DNA of 63,637 nucleotides, counting the filler, from Globobulimina sp. (Eukaryota): NCBI GenBank assembly GCA_003354225.1. It is 26 parts of 26 records of this genome, joined end to end, with 100 filler letters (N's around TTAATTAATTAA, not from the genome) between each part and the next. Parts side by side here need not be neighbours in the genome. Positions count along the whole stretch, not along the records: positions 49,038 to 51,387 come from PIVH01007219.1; positions 51,488 to 53,837 come from PIVH01007220.1; positions 53,938 to 56,287 come from PIVH01007221.1; positions 56,388 to 58,737 come from PIVH01007222.1; positions 58,838 to 61,187 come from PIVH01007223.1; 21 more parts are not named here. One strand, given 5' to 3'. The notes below the pieces were generated by a model. The model made no database searches. It was given only the letters and a program-made list of their open reading frames with translations, and had not been told where the DNA came from. The position numbers were made by a program, and so were the translations under genes. Every line of letters starts with the position of its first letter. Positions within the stretch are counted from its first letter, which is position 1. Shown here piece by piece: positions 49,038 through 61,287 of this stretch.

Positions 49038-50370
49038 AACGGCCATCGACGCAAACACCATTGACCAGACCAATGATGTTACAGCGAATGGACCCCACCG
49101 CCACTCAAAAAAGGTCATCCTCTAAATTGATAATCCCCCAATCAGTGCCAATGGCGCAATTCAAACAATTTGTGTCTGAAATAGAAGAGATATCGGCCCA
49201 ACGCGACCCCATCGACGTAGCCTATATCGTGATTCGCGAGACCTGCAAAACAATGCGTTGCGATCGTTCCTCGTTTTTTTTCGTGGATGGCGACTATTTG
49301 GACTTAGTCATCGCCAAAGAGGTCGAAAACATCAGAATGCCCAAAACCGCAGGCTTTGCCGGTTTGTGCGCCACGACGGGCAAAATGATCAATATCCCGG
49401 ACGCCTACGACGACGACAGGTTCAATAAGAAATGGGATAAGATCAACAAGTATCGCACCAAACAAATCTTATGCGCCGCCATCATCGACGAGCATGAAAG
49501 CAACGAAATTATCGGCGTACTACAGTGCATCAACAAAAACACCGACCAGACCTTCACCGCCATCGACGAGGCCTTAATCTCTTGCATTGCCAACCAAGTG
49601 AGCGTGGCCATGCGGTACGCCATCCAAATGGAAGAAGCCAAGAAAGCCACCCGGCAGAAAGACGCATTGATATCGTACATCAGAGTTAATTCATTCGCAT
49701 ATGTGCACCCACGCAAATTCGCATATACCTCCATATAAATATAATACGCACCTTTCAGACTATGAATGCCAACACCAATGTGCCGTCGTTGCTGTTTACA
49801 TTAAACAAAGCGGCTCAGGAATTATTGGAGGCGGAGCGGTGTACCTTTTATACGGTGAATCACGACGCGAAGAGCTTGCATTTAATCAATACGGACGCCG
49901 ATATTGACATTGTTTTGAAGATATCGCAAGGCATCGCCGGGACGGTGGCGACCACTGCAAAAAAAATCAACATCCCCGATTGTTATAAGGATCATAGATT
50001 TGACCCGTCCTTTGATAAACAGACTGGATATCGCACCGTGTCCATGTTGGTAATGCCCGTATTTGCGGTGATGAACAACAAAAATAAGGATAAGCCCATC
50101 GCCATCGTGCAGTTAATAAACAAGAATAAAGGGGACCGCGTGTTTGACGCCAATGACGAGGAGATGTTGTCGGTGTTGTTGAGATTCGTGGGGCCATTGA
50201 TCAAGAATTCATCCTTGTTTTCACACAAAAAAAAACCTATGGAAGCGCGTTTGATTTCGGATTTGAATAAACACAAAATTAATAGACAGCCGTCGTCGCA
50301 AATGAATTTGGATAATATTTGTATCGAAGAGGAGGAGGAAGATTATGAGTTTAAGGACGATTTTCAATAA
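49038..50370 (+). CDS. Tandem GAF-domain protein of the phosphodiesterase GAF type (intron 49685-49758; probably 5' partial)
   Basis: Two copies of G.AG..ATT.K.INIPD.Y.D.RF...D....YRT, each with the NK/F/DE motif. Confidence 0.88.
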
Positions 50371-50639
50371 TTTGCTGTTTGTTCACTTTATGCATTGTAT
50401 ATAGAATTTTTGTTTTCTTTCAATTTCCAATAATTTCAATTGCTTTTATTGTTAATTTGTTCCTTTTGTTGAAATTAGTGTTGATTGTATTTTATAAATC
50501 ATTTTAATGTTATCATATTTTATAAATCCGATTTGAGAAACGAAACGAAACCAATTTGTCAGTTACAGCTTTCAGTAACTTCAACAAAAGAACATCAAAA
50601 AAACACCTTCTTCCATCCTACCAAAACAAAAAACAAAAA

Positions 50640-51346
50640 ATGAAGCATTTCTTTGTAGCTGTTTGCTTTGTTATTCTTAGCTGTGTTCATTCGTCACCAC
50701 CAATAAAACTCGAAGGAGGTGACGGTTTTATACAAATCGGTGATTTCCGCATTGGAAATGTCGACAATACGCATTTTTCAATTTCATCAACAACACAGCA
50801 AAAAACATCAATAATATTTCGAAGTGATGGAACTGTTCATTATGGTTTGTATTCAACTCTCTTTGCAATCCTTTACATTTTGTCTATTATAAAACAAATA
50901 ACTTTAAAGGTCCTCGATCAGATTTTGGTTTAAGTGCTCGTCCATTATTAGCAGCTCCAATAAATGTACAATACACTGGTAATGGCATTGAATTTGGTGT
51001 ATGGTGTTTAGGCATATCGGCATTAAATCATTTATCAATATCGCATCATAATGGTGCCGGTGCAGATAAAACAGCAATGATTTGGAGAAATGATGGAACC
51101 CGACATGGCGGACCAAGGGATGACTTTAGTTGTTGGAATCAGGCAGAAAACAACAATGTAAAAGTCGGTGCTGATTTAGATGGGCATGAATATATTCAGT
51201 TCGATGATATGTTTCGAATTGGACAAACAGCAAACAGTCATTTATCAATTGTGTCAACTCGAACTGCAGTAATTTATAGATCCGATGGTACTGTACATCC
51301 GGGGCCTAGAGATGATTTTAATTGGCCTCCATTTGATAATTGTTAA
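50640..51346 (+). CDS. Secreted protein made of three repeats of about 65 aa (intron 50845-50909)
   Basis: Signal peptide MKHFFVAVCFVILSCVHS, then three copies of I(Q/E)(I/F)...(F/W).(I/L)G.....H(F/L)SI...T..I.R.DGT.H.GPR.DF. Confidence 0.85.
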
Positions 51347-51487
51347 CAAGAAAAAAAAGACTTATTTGAATAGGTGCATTCGTGTTANNNNNNNNNNNNN
51401 NNNNNNNNNNNNNNNNNNNNNNNNNNNNNNNTTAATTAATTAANNNNNNNNNNNNNNNNNNNNNNNNNNNNNNNNNNNNNNNNNNNN

Positions 51488-52265
51488 ATAACTGATCATT
51501 GTTGTCACTCCCTTGAGAGAATGGGTCTTTTTGAAAGATAACACCACATAAAATACATCCAAATGACCATAAATCTAAGCTATAATCATAATATTTGTTA
51601 TTTGTCAATAATTCCGGCGCTTTGAAATAGCGCGAAGCCACTTTAACATTGTAATCCTTGTTTGGATGATAAAATTCCGCCAAACCAAAGTCAATCAATC
51701 GCAATATTTTCGCATTATTATCTATCACAACATTGTGAGGCTTGACGTCGCGATGCATGATTCCATTGGAATGGCAATGATTTATCGCCAACAATAATTG
51801 GTAAAAATAGTGTCTCCATTCATTCTCTGTTAATCCGCTTTCAACGTCATTCAATAATTTCCAATCCGTTGATTCAATGTATTCAAAAATGATTGATGGT
51901 ATTTTAGAGATGGGATCGCGAATTGTGTCATACATTTGAATTATATTTGTGCCACCAGATAGATTTTGCAATATCTTTATTTCTCGATTTATTTTCTTTT
52001 TTTTGACGGGTTTTAGTACTTTTATACAACATTTATGCTTGTTTTTGGTATTATATCCTAGAAACACATCGCTATATTTGCCACGTCCGATTTTCTGTTT
52101 TACTTCGTAATCATATGGTAAATGCCAATCTATCTCAAAATTCTCATAATCCCAATATGAACGAGGCCGCAAACTGTTTATGTTTGCGTACTGCTTTGGT
52201 AGCTGACTCGCCATTGATTGTATGGGGTGTTTGCTTAATTTAAATAGAGTCGCTTTAACTGCCAT
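51488..52265 (-). CDS. CSNK2A: Casein kinase II catalytic subunit alpha (3' partial)
   Basis: [45 protein letters not shown] and VASRYFK. Alternative ATG at 52214. Confidence 0.95.
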
Positions 52266-52465
52266 CACTTGTACTTGGCTGATGTTGGCAATTTAGTGAC
52301 GATTAAAAATCTCTTTTAAAGAATTAATTATGGGCTCGGTGCTGCAACTTTAAACAAGTGCACAATGCAAATTATATATATCTGGATCTATTGCAAGCTC
52401 ATATCTGTGATTCTTGGTATAATTAAATTCAAGTCTGACTTCAGTTAACTTCTTCAAGTCTGACC

Positions 52466-53296
52466 ATGGCACACAAAGAAACTCACACACGTTTATGGGT
52501 AGCGAATTTGCAGGAAGACCTGTCCAAAGAGCAAGTCATTCATTTATTTGAAAAGTACGGCGCCATTCATAATATCGTACGGAAAGGAAACTTTGCTTCG
52601 ATTGAATTCGAGAATGGAAGCGAAGCATTGCGATGCAAAAGGGGTTTGGATCAGGTTGATTATCATGGCAGGCGATTAAATATTGATTGGTACAGAGGTG
52701 ACAATTTTGGGAAATTAGAAGGCACCAATTGGTGGGGTGGCAAATGTGGACATCCACGGTTTAAACACAGAGTGTGTGTGTTAGGATTGCCTGCAAACAT
52801 AAATTATCAGAATGTTCTTGTTAAGTAAAGTGCTCTTTGTATCCTTACACTCACTGATAATATTATTAATAATATATGATAGGATATTGCATGGGAGGCA
52901 GGCCACAGTGTGGTATTTATTGACATTGCGACATCTCGATGCGGGTTTATTTATGGCATCGTTGAGTATGCACATTATGACGATTACAAATATGCGGTGG
53001 ATTACTTGGATGGTAAACAGTTCAAATTGAATGATGGGAATCTAACTACATTGAGATTTATTAAAGGCGATCAATTATTATCTGTGGAAAGATATGTATC
53101 GGAGAACAGAGAAAAGGGCTTTCATGAATCAAAAACGAATTATCCGCCACATCCACATACAATGCCTCCGCCGAACCAACCGTATCCACCACAACCAATG
53201 GCACCAAATCAGCCGTATACACATCCATATCCACCGTATTATGCGCCACCTCCAAATTATAGACCACCACTTCCCGCTGGTCCACCGCCTCAATGA
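52466..53296 (+). CDS. SRSF1-like two-RRM RNA-binding protein with a Pro/Tyr-rich tail (intron 52820-52882)
   Basis: RRM1 LWVANL...FEKYG...KGNFASIEF. The second domain HRVCVLGLP..INYQNVLDIAWEAG resembles the SWQDLKD pseudo-RRM. Confidence 0.75.
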
Positions 53297-53499
53297 CTAG
53301 ATTGATTATTTAATTTAAATTGCATGATTAATTGTGATTGTTTTGAATTCAATATTGTACTGCATCTTCATTCAAGGTCTTTAAAGATAATTCTTGTTTT
53401 TGTAACAAAGTGTTCAGCTAAATTAAATTTAAAGACATTTTTAAATAACCTCTCTGTTTAACACAAAACAATTGCTAAAAATCAAAAACAAAAAACAAA

Positions 53500-53837
53500 T
53501 CACAAATGTTGTTGCTGTCTACGTTGTTTCATAGCCTTTTCAATAGCAGCAAATGTTTGTTGTAGCTCTTTCAATTGATTTTCAGATTGGAATTCGTTGT
53601 CAATATCACTACTACTCACTGTTTGTACATTACTATTGTTATCTTCTTCTTGTTTTGTTTGTAATATCATCGAACCAGACCCATCATGCAACTGTGCCTC
53701 AGCCGAATCACGGGATATTTTACCAATTTTATTTCCTTTTTTTAAATAATATAAGTACTTATCATCAGCCACATGATTCCGTTTGGTATTGCTATTATAA
53801 GTGTTATTATGATAAGTGTCTATAAATTCATTTACTT
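53500..53837 (-). CDS. C-terminus of a hypothetical protein
   Basis: Open frame ending in a coiled-coil-like stretch and TGA. Confidence 0.45.
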
Positions 53838-53937
53838 NNNNNNNNNNNNNNNNNNNNNNNNNNNNNNNNNNNNNNNNNNNNTTAATTAATTAANNNNNNN
53901 NNNNNNNNNNNNNNNNNNNNNNNNNNNNNNNNNNNNN

Positions 53938-54297
53938 AAATAGTTTGAATAATAAAATATCAGCAAAAGAAAAACAAATTTCAGATCTTCAAGTCCAAGT
54001 AAAGCAGCAACAGCTTGATATAAATAAAAATATTCATATTGTTACTGATTTAAAAAAGCAGTTGAAACAACAAAAAAATGATATTAATAGTATCAAAGTA
54101 ACGTTAACAAACAAAGACAATGAAATGAAAATATTTAAACAATTCATGAATGATGCAATGGATGAAAAAAAAGCAACCGATGCTAATACTGCAGAGCCTG
54201 AATATTTTTATTTATATCAAGCTGTTGCTGCTTTACTTGGACTTGAAGATCTGAAATTTGTTTTTCTTTTGCTGATATTTTATTATTCAAACTATTT
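53938..54297. repeat. 99-bp exact inverted duplication (53938-54036 and 54199-54297), a fold-back structure
   Basis: The same coding segment NNKISAKEKQISDLQVQVKQQQLDINKNI is encoded on both strands. Confidence 0.93.
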
Positions 54298-54987
54298 ATT
54301 TTTGTTTTTAAATCATTAACAACATTATCATTCTCTGCATTACTTTTATCAATTTTTTGGGTCAAATGTTTAATTTTTTGTATAATTGCCTCATCTGATA
54401 ATACATTACAATTTTGAATATGTTTTGAAAATAATTCTTTTAATGTACCTTTCCAGTCACACTGCTGTTTAACAGCATTTTTTTTCTGCATAATATTGAC
54501 ACCTTCCTTCTGATCTGCGGTATCATAATAAATAAAATTGACAGCGTCACCCGCAACATTATCATCATTTTGCTTCTGATTATTGCAATTGTTTGCGTAG
54601 TGTCCACCGTTTGGGCAATAAACCTTTTGATATAATATTTATTATAAAATATTAAATATAAATGATGATCATTGGTCAATATATTATGACCTGAAGTGAT
54701 AGGATTTGCTTTCTTAAAATCCTCGCAGATGTTATTGGTGGATTTTGATGTGATTTATCAATTGGGCACTGATTATTGTTTGATTTGATGACTTGAACTA
54801 AACATTGTTTACAAAATGCGTCAATTTCATTGTCATCATGATCGCATCCCAATTCTACTGCGTCTTTACACACATTATTGCAAGATTTACAGCTAAACAC
54901 ATCTGGTACCTTTGATATAAACAATTTATGATTCCAACCTTTTCCATTCACTTGTAATATTGATAAAAATTCAGCAGAGTCAGCCAT
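54199..54987 (-). CDS. TRAF-like RING zinc-finger protein with a coiled coil (its continuation is inverted at 53938-54198)
   Basis: CKSCNNVCKDAVELGC.H......FCKQCL.......NQCPI..H, then CDWKGTL......H..NC and a coiled coil. One intron near 54630-54690. Confidence 0.8.
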
Positions 54988-55046
54988 TTTCTTGAGTACG
55001 CACTTTAACCACTAAAAAATAAAAAAATAATCCGTTAGCTGAGAAC

Positions 55047-56287
55047 ATGTCATACCTTAAAGACGATGACGAAGCGTCAAGCAGTAATCGCACAATATTC
55101 ATTACAAGGCAAATTCGTTACTTTGTCGACGATTATATTCAAGAAGAATCATTGGGAGAACCAGGACAATTTGGTACTGCATATAAATGTTACAGGAAAA
55201 CGGATGTTGATAAAACAAGGCCATTTGCAGTGAAAGAAATAAACAAATCACGTTTGACAGCGGCTCAACCGACAGAAAAAGACGAATTGTTACAGACGAT
55301 GCAAAATGAGATTGCCATATTATTAAAAGTACGGCATACAAATATTGTGGAATTATATGACGTTTATGAGTCCCGCGATCAGTTACATTTAGTCATGGAA
55401 TATTTACCCGGCGGAGAATTATTTGATAGAATATGCCAACACTCAGAAAGCGGTGGTTATGGGGAGAAAGAGGCTGCGAATATTATTAAACAAGTATTGA
55501 ATGCATTGGATGTTGTACATTCAAAGAAGATCCTTCATTTAGATTTGAAGCCAGAAAATATTTTGTTTAAAGATAATACAGATAACACTGTCAAAATAAT
55601 CGATTTCGGAATGGCGCGCGTTGTGCCACGATTGACTTTGTTAAAAGGTGCGTATCAATTTAAAATTGTCTTTTTCTGCTAATTTGCCATTGACACAAAA
55701 TAAATCAGGCCAAGTTGGGACCATTCAATATATGGCACCGGAGGTCATATCAGGTCTGCATTTATGCGCAAAATTAACCATTTTGTAAATTGTAAACTGT
55801 AAACATTGACATATGAAAGGCGAGCTTTTCAGTTACGGCGCGGATGTGTGGTCAGTGGGTATTATTTTATATAGCATGTTATTCGGATTTCCGCCGTTTA
55901 ATGATTATGAGAAAGCAATCGGTGATATTTTATCGTCTGAAAAATTCATTGAAAACAAAATAATGACAGGGTTTGAACCAGTGGTGAAAGATGGATACGG
56001 CGCGTGGTTCCCCAAAGAAATGCCAATCAGTGGCGAATGCATGAAATTGTTATCCAATATGTTACAAAAAGATGTTCCCAAACGATGGACTGTCAAAGAA
56101 TGCTTATCTTCAAAATGGATCCTGCAGAAAGATGGAAATGAAAACGTCATATCACCCTTGTTTAGGGACTCTTTATTGAAGTATACGAAAAAAAATAAAT
56201 TTAGAATTGCCATAACTCATTTGCTTGGACATTATTTGGATCTGGACGTAACACAAGAAATTGCCAAAGAATTTAATGAAATAGACA
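55047..56287 (+). CDS. Calcium-dependent protein kinase (CDPK-like), 3' partial (introns 55648-55708 and 55754-55819)
   Basis: AVKEI, GGELFDRI, HLDLKPEN, DFG, spliced GTIQYMAPE and DVWSVG, then a junction helix (KNKFR) and the entry to an EF-hand (EFNEID). Confidence 0.9.
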
Positions 56288-56554
56288 NNNNNNNNNNNNN
56301 NNNNNNNNNNNNNNNNNNNNNNNNNNNNNNNTTAATTAATTAANNNNNNNNNNNNNNNNNNNNNNNNNNNNNNNNNNNNNNNNNNNNAAATGTTTCGAAG
56401 GGACGTGAATCACTTTTTAGAACGCTTCCAGCTAAAGCCCTTCTGTATTAAACAGAGAAGTTTTTTCGAATGTTTAACCTCCGAACTTAATTGACTCTGG
56501 TCTAATAGATACGCGTTGGATCCCAAAACCATTCCTCTCACTCCTCTTCAAACA

Positions 56555-57583
56555 ATGCCTTCGAGGCCAAATAGGGCTGCTAGAGCCTCAAAGTCAGCAC
56601 CACAACTCCACAAACTCAAAGACAGAAATTACAGAACCATCTATCGAACCTTATCATATAACACGTTGCTAAAAACACAGACAGGTACAATCACATTAAT
56701 TATATCTTCATTTTAAATATCCCACCACTTTTTCTGTGCTCCATAACTAGAATATCTTCGCAAAATACCCGAGAACATTGTAGCTCATCGTCCCTTTATA
56801 TTGGATGGATATTTGGACGTCGAACATATTGACAATGCGTGTTTGTCAACGCTATCAATCTTAGCTGGTTTACACAATGAGACAATAAATATTTATACCC
56901 ATTTAATACCGTTTGTGTTCATCATAATCCAGTTATGTTCGTGGTATATGTACGGCATTTATGAGTATGTGTTGTATGGCTATGGGATGACAATGGCTCT
57001 ATGCTTTTTGTCCTCCAGTTATTATCATGTTGGATGTTGTCGGCGACCCTCGAGTTATTCCAAGTTTTTACAGATTGATTTATTTGGAATATTTGTTGTT
57101 TTTTTTGCTTCTGTGTTAGCGGGAATTAGTTGCTGTTATTCCTGCCATTCATCGTTAAGGACAATGTATTCTGTCATAAATATTATTATTTTCAGCTGTG
57201 TGCTGTTTCCATTATTATTTTTATTCCCAAATAAGTCGTCATTCAAATTAAAACGCAATGTTTTTGGATTGTTGTTGGTTATGGAACTTATTCCCATGTT
57301 TCATTGGATTTATTTGTATAATTATTCCATTGGTGATTGGTCGTTAATATATGAATTTTGGTATGCTCCGTTGGGAATGTTTGGCGGTTATTTTGCAGGT
57401 GGCTTAGTTTGGTTTTTACGAATTCCTGAACGATTTTATCCGGGCAAATTTAATATATTTGGGCATTCGCATCAATTATGGCATTTATTTATTGTTTTGG
57501 CATCATTTTGTTGGTTTTATGGATTGTATGATATTCAGGTGTATCAGAAAAAGAATATCAATGTCTGCTATGTACATATTTAA
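56555..57583 (+). CDS. PAQR / adiponectin-receptor (HlyIII) family protein (intron 56685-56750)
   Basis: FILDGY, HNETINIYTH, SSYYH, D.FGI and PERFYPGKFNIFGHSHQLWH. Confidence 0.95.
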
Positions 57584-57763
57584 CCTTAAACTTACTAAAT
57601 TATTATAAATAATTAAATTAATTTGGTGTTTTGCTCTTGTCATAAATTGCTGTTTTGGTGAGAATGCACTATGTTTGTTTACAGAATATCGGAGTACGTT
57701 ATAAGTCAGATATATCTGTTTGAAACTTTGAGTGTGTCACATTTGCAAAAAAACTGTCTTTGA

Positions 57764-58737
57764 TTACCACTGTTGAGCTCCATTTTGGTACGTTACAACA
57801 TACGCGGGATACATGGTTTGATTCTTATAAACATTTAATATCTGCCCATTCCGTATAAACTTAACCGACTGAGAATCTCCAGACGCAACAAACGCTAAAA
57901 ACACTTGATTTTCAAGATTATTTTTCCTAAATTGATAACCGCCCATCGAGTAATTATTTTGTATCGCAAACCAAATACATCCGCCAACATTGGCATAGCG
58001 CACATCAAAGCCACTCCCTTTCCATATAACGCATGGATCCGTCTGTCGCGTACCATGCCATACCCTCAGTTCATTCACTTTCATCTTCCTTTTTAAAATC
58101 ATTTCCTTGCAATGTCTGTAATATTCAATGTATAATTTGCTATTTTGCACTCGTTCCACTCTCGTTACATTAAACTGATTCATTGTCTGCATATTTGTTA
58201 TCACTTCGTTCCATTCCTTGCCTCCTCTCTTAACTTTATATATTTTCTTCATTTTAGAATATTTTTTCAATGTTTTATACGGATTCAAAGACTTATTTAT
58301 TTTGAGCTTTTTCCATCGATTTAAGAACTTATTCTGATATAAAAATTGATATTCCTCGCAATCCAATCTACGTATTTTTTTCTCTTTAATTTGTCTATGA
58401 ATCACATTGCAATCAATACAATTTTTAGATTTACATTCAGTGCATTTGAATGATGTTTTATTTGCTCGTTTTCTCTTCGATTTCATATATATATTGCCAT
58501 CGCATAATTTTTTTGAACAATAAAATACTCCTTTTTTACGGTTGTTTGTTTTAATAATATCGATAATATCTTTTTTTTCGACATTTGATTCTTTTTTTAA
58601 TATTTTATCATCGTAATCCAAACTGCTATCACTCCCATCATCTGAATCTGAGTCTGAATATTAAAAAAAATGTAAATGTATTTCTAGGAATATAATATTC
58701 AACATTTTAACCTGAACCAGAGCTGGAATCGGAATGT
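57764..58737 (-). CDS. IBR zinc finger plus compact PARP-like (mono-ART) catalytic domain (5' partial; intron 58654-58711)
   Basis: C...C...CTEC....CIDC...H...C (IBR pattern), then RVERVQN..LY, NEL.VWHGT, GFD.RYA, IWFA....YS and YPAYVVTY. Confidence 0.8.
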
Positions 58738-58864
58738 NNNNNNNNNNNNNNNNNNNNNNNNNNNNNNNNNNNNNNNNNNNNTTAATTAATTAANNNNNNN
58801 NNNNNNNNNNNNNNNNNNNNNNNNNNNNNNNNNNNNNAATATAGAACAACCGTCGCGATGTTTA

Positions 58865-59404
58865 ATGAAAAGTAAAAATGAAATCAATATGACTGATTTG
58901 GTCTTTTTATTATTGATATTTTGGAATATTGGCAGCCGGATAAAAATCTTATGGTGGATGCTTTCGTTGGGAATGGAGGAGTTATTTGCTGTCAGCAAAC
59001 AGAGATTTGAGGAATTAGAATCAAACTTTAATCCCCGGCAATTAGCAGAACATTTAAAGCATATCTCACAATCAATAAATACTATTTTAGAGTGGTTTGG
59101 AATGGATTTAACTCATAAGAGAGTTAAAATGGATGAACAATATAATCATGGAAAATCTGGATGGATTTGTCCAAAGAATAAAGTGTATGAAAAACAGAAT
59201 TTAGATGAATTAATTCAAAAACGATATGATACATTTCCCTGTTTTTACCGATGTAAGTTATGTTTTTCAAAAGGTAAACAAAAAATGATTACCAGAGTCG
59301 AATCAGTGAAAAATCAAAATTATTTAATCCAACAGCACGAGTCAGGAAAGCAACATCTACGTTTTTTTAAAAAATTACCTATATCTGGTACTCAAACCTG
59401 GTGA
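58865..59404 (+). CDS. Hypothetical protein with a C-terminal U1/matrin-type zinc finger
   Basis: YRCKLC...IQQHESGKQH. The true start is uncertain. Confidence 0.5.
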   Translation: MKSKNEINMTDLVFLLLIFWNIGSRIKILWWMLSLGMEELFAVSKQRFEELESNFNPRQLAEHLKHISQSINTILEWFGMDLTHKRVKMDEQYNHGKSGWICPKNKVYEKQNLDELIQKRYDTFPCFYRCKLCFSKGKQKMITRVESVKNQNYLIQQHESGKQHLRFFKKLPISGTQTW

Positions 59405-59553
59405 TTATATTAATTGATGGTACAATATCATTATTGATTTGCTCTTTGTTTGTATTGAATGGATCTTTTAGGCAAAAACTGTTTCTATAAAACCAAAAAT
59501 CCGTAGCTCTTCAACTTTACAAAATTCGAACAGCAAAAACCTCTTTCAGTCGC

Positions 59554-61187
59554 ATGGGCTTATCAGACATTGATGCTCAAGTCTTGTCTCATGCATGTTG
59601 GTGCATCTGTGGCTTAGCATATTTCTTTCTAATCACCACAATGATTCATTTTTGTTGCACTAACTGGATGGATCCTCGTCTTCCAATGGCAAAAGCTTCA
59701 ACAAAATGGATATACTTTACCAGTGCACATATGTTACGAGTTCAGTCACAGTCAATACATGCATATACTCCAAAAGTCGTGGATGCATTGCATGTTATAT
59801 TCAAAAAACAAACAAAAAAGGTGATCAATCTAATAATCGCCGTCACAGATATGACATTCGAGCAACTAACCGATAAAATCACCTCTGATCATAAGCGAGT
59901 ATTAGGCGCTCAAGTTTCATGTGACGTCTCTTCACGGATCAGAATGAGCTTATTCATGACCTCATTCTATACCTATGGTATCTGTGTAAATATATACCTA
60001 CAAATCGCCAAACATATACCTACAAATTACATACTTCGACAGCATTGTTCTGTTGGTATAAAGTGGCCATTGTGACGGTACAATCGCCAGTACGCAATTC
60101 GCCCCATTTACAGACCGTACATCTAAAGAAAAAACAACGTCGAAAAAACAACAAAAAGGCCTGCGGGCCCAACGGTATCCTGCTGCGGCGGGAACACCTT
60201 TTCTTAGATTTGTTGTGGTATTACATACATTTGTTATATATCATATCCATCACCGTTGGCAATGCCTTGCTTCGTCCACAACATAGCCAAAATGAAGCGT
60301 GTCAACACCGAGACAGCACAGTCGCATTACTTGTGTACATCAGTGCAGTCGTAATAGAATTCATAGCATTGATTATTATCTTTGTTTCTCCATTGTACCA
60401 ATTAATGAAAACCAAAAAACGTTTATTCCGAAACGTATTCAGCAATATAAAAGTGCGCCGGCACAGACATAAAAACAAAGATAAGGATAAGGATAAAGCA
60501 GCAAAGCAACAGCATTTAATGACAGACAGCGTCGACACGCATGCAATGGATACAAATTCAATGGATTCATCCCATTCCACGTCCACTTCGCCCGCACAGC
60601 AAGAGTTTATATCCCGTATTAAAAGCACAATCTCTCGCAACTTCATCGCTGGCTCGATCTCATTGTTATTGTTCAGTGGGTTCATGGCAGTTTATACCAT
60701 CGGCAGAGTCCATGAAAACAGTCAGTTTTTCACCTCTGGCGCGGGATATGTAGTGGTATTTTCCTGCTATTTGTTGAATTTTATGTGTCTGACGTTTTCG
60801 TATCAAAATCATTGGCCAATGCTGTTACCGATTCTGTGCTGTCCGCCATGGCAACACTACGAGGATTATGCGGGAAGCTCAAAGATATCATTGCAGCAAA
60901 AACAAGCTGACGTCGACTTATTTTCTCCTTTGCAGTTAGATGGCGTTTTGGATGAAGTTAATGCATCGATGTACACTCCGAAAACATCGACTGCCATTCC
61001 GATTGTCCCAACAGCAGAGAATCAGAAAGGTACTGTATCGACTATGCAATGCTATTTTTGCTTTTATTGTTGCATATAATGTGTATAAAAGGCGATGGTT
61101 CGTTTGAATCGTTGTTAGCTTCGAGTCATTTGTCAACAACGCCGAAGTATCATGTGATGAATGTCGATGATAACTTGCGAATGCAAA
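59554..61187 (+). CDS. GPCR-like multi-pass membrane protein (introns 59978-60042 and about 61029-61091; 3' partial)
   Basis: About 6-7 hydrophobic helices, a long basic loop before the last two, and a CC motif after the final helix. Confidence 0.6.
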
Positions 61188-61287
61188 NNNNNNNNNNNNN
61201 NNNNNNNNNNNNNNNNNNNNNNNNNNNNNNNTTAATTAATTAANNNNNNNNNNNNNNNNNNNNNNNNNNNNNNNNNNNNNNNNNNNN

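Noticed and set aside
53945-54319. Plus-strand ORF with a hydrophobic C-terminal tail
   Set aside because: The tail is the antisense reading of the inverted duplicate.
2354-61287. Regularly spaced TTAATTAATTAA motif with a period of about 2.45 kb
   Set aside because: It is an artificial linker flanked by N runs. The periodicity reflects length-sorted contigs. ORF tails reading XXX-LIN are artefacts.
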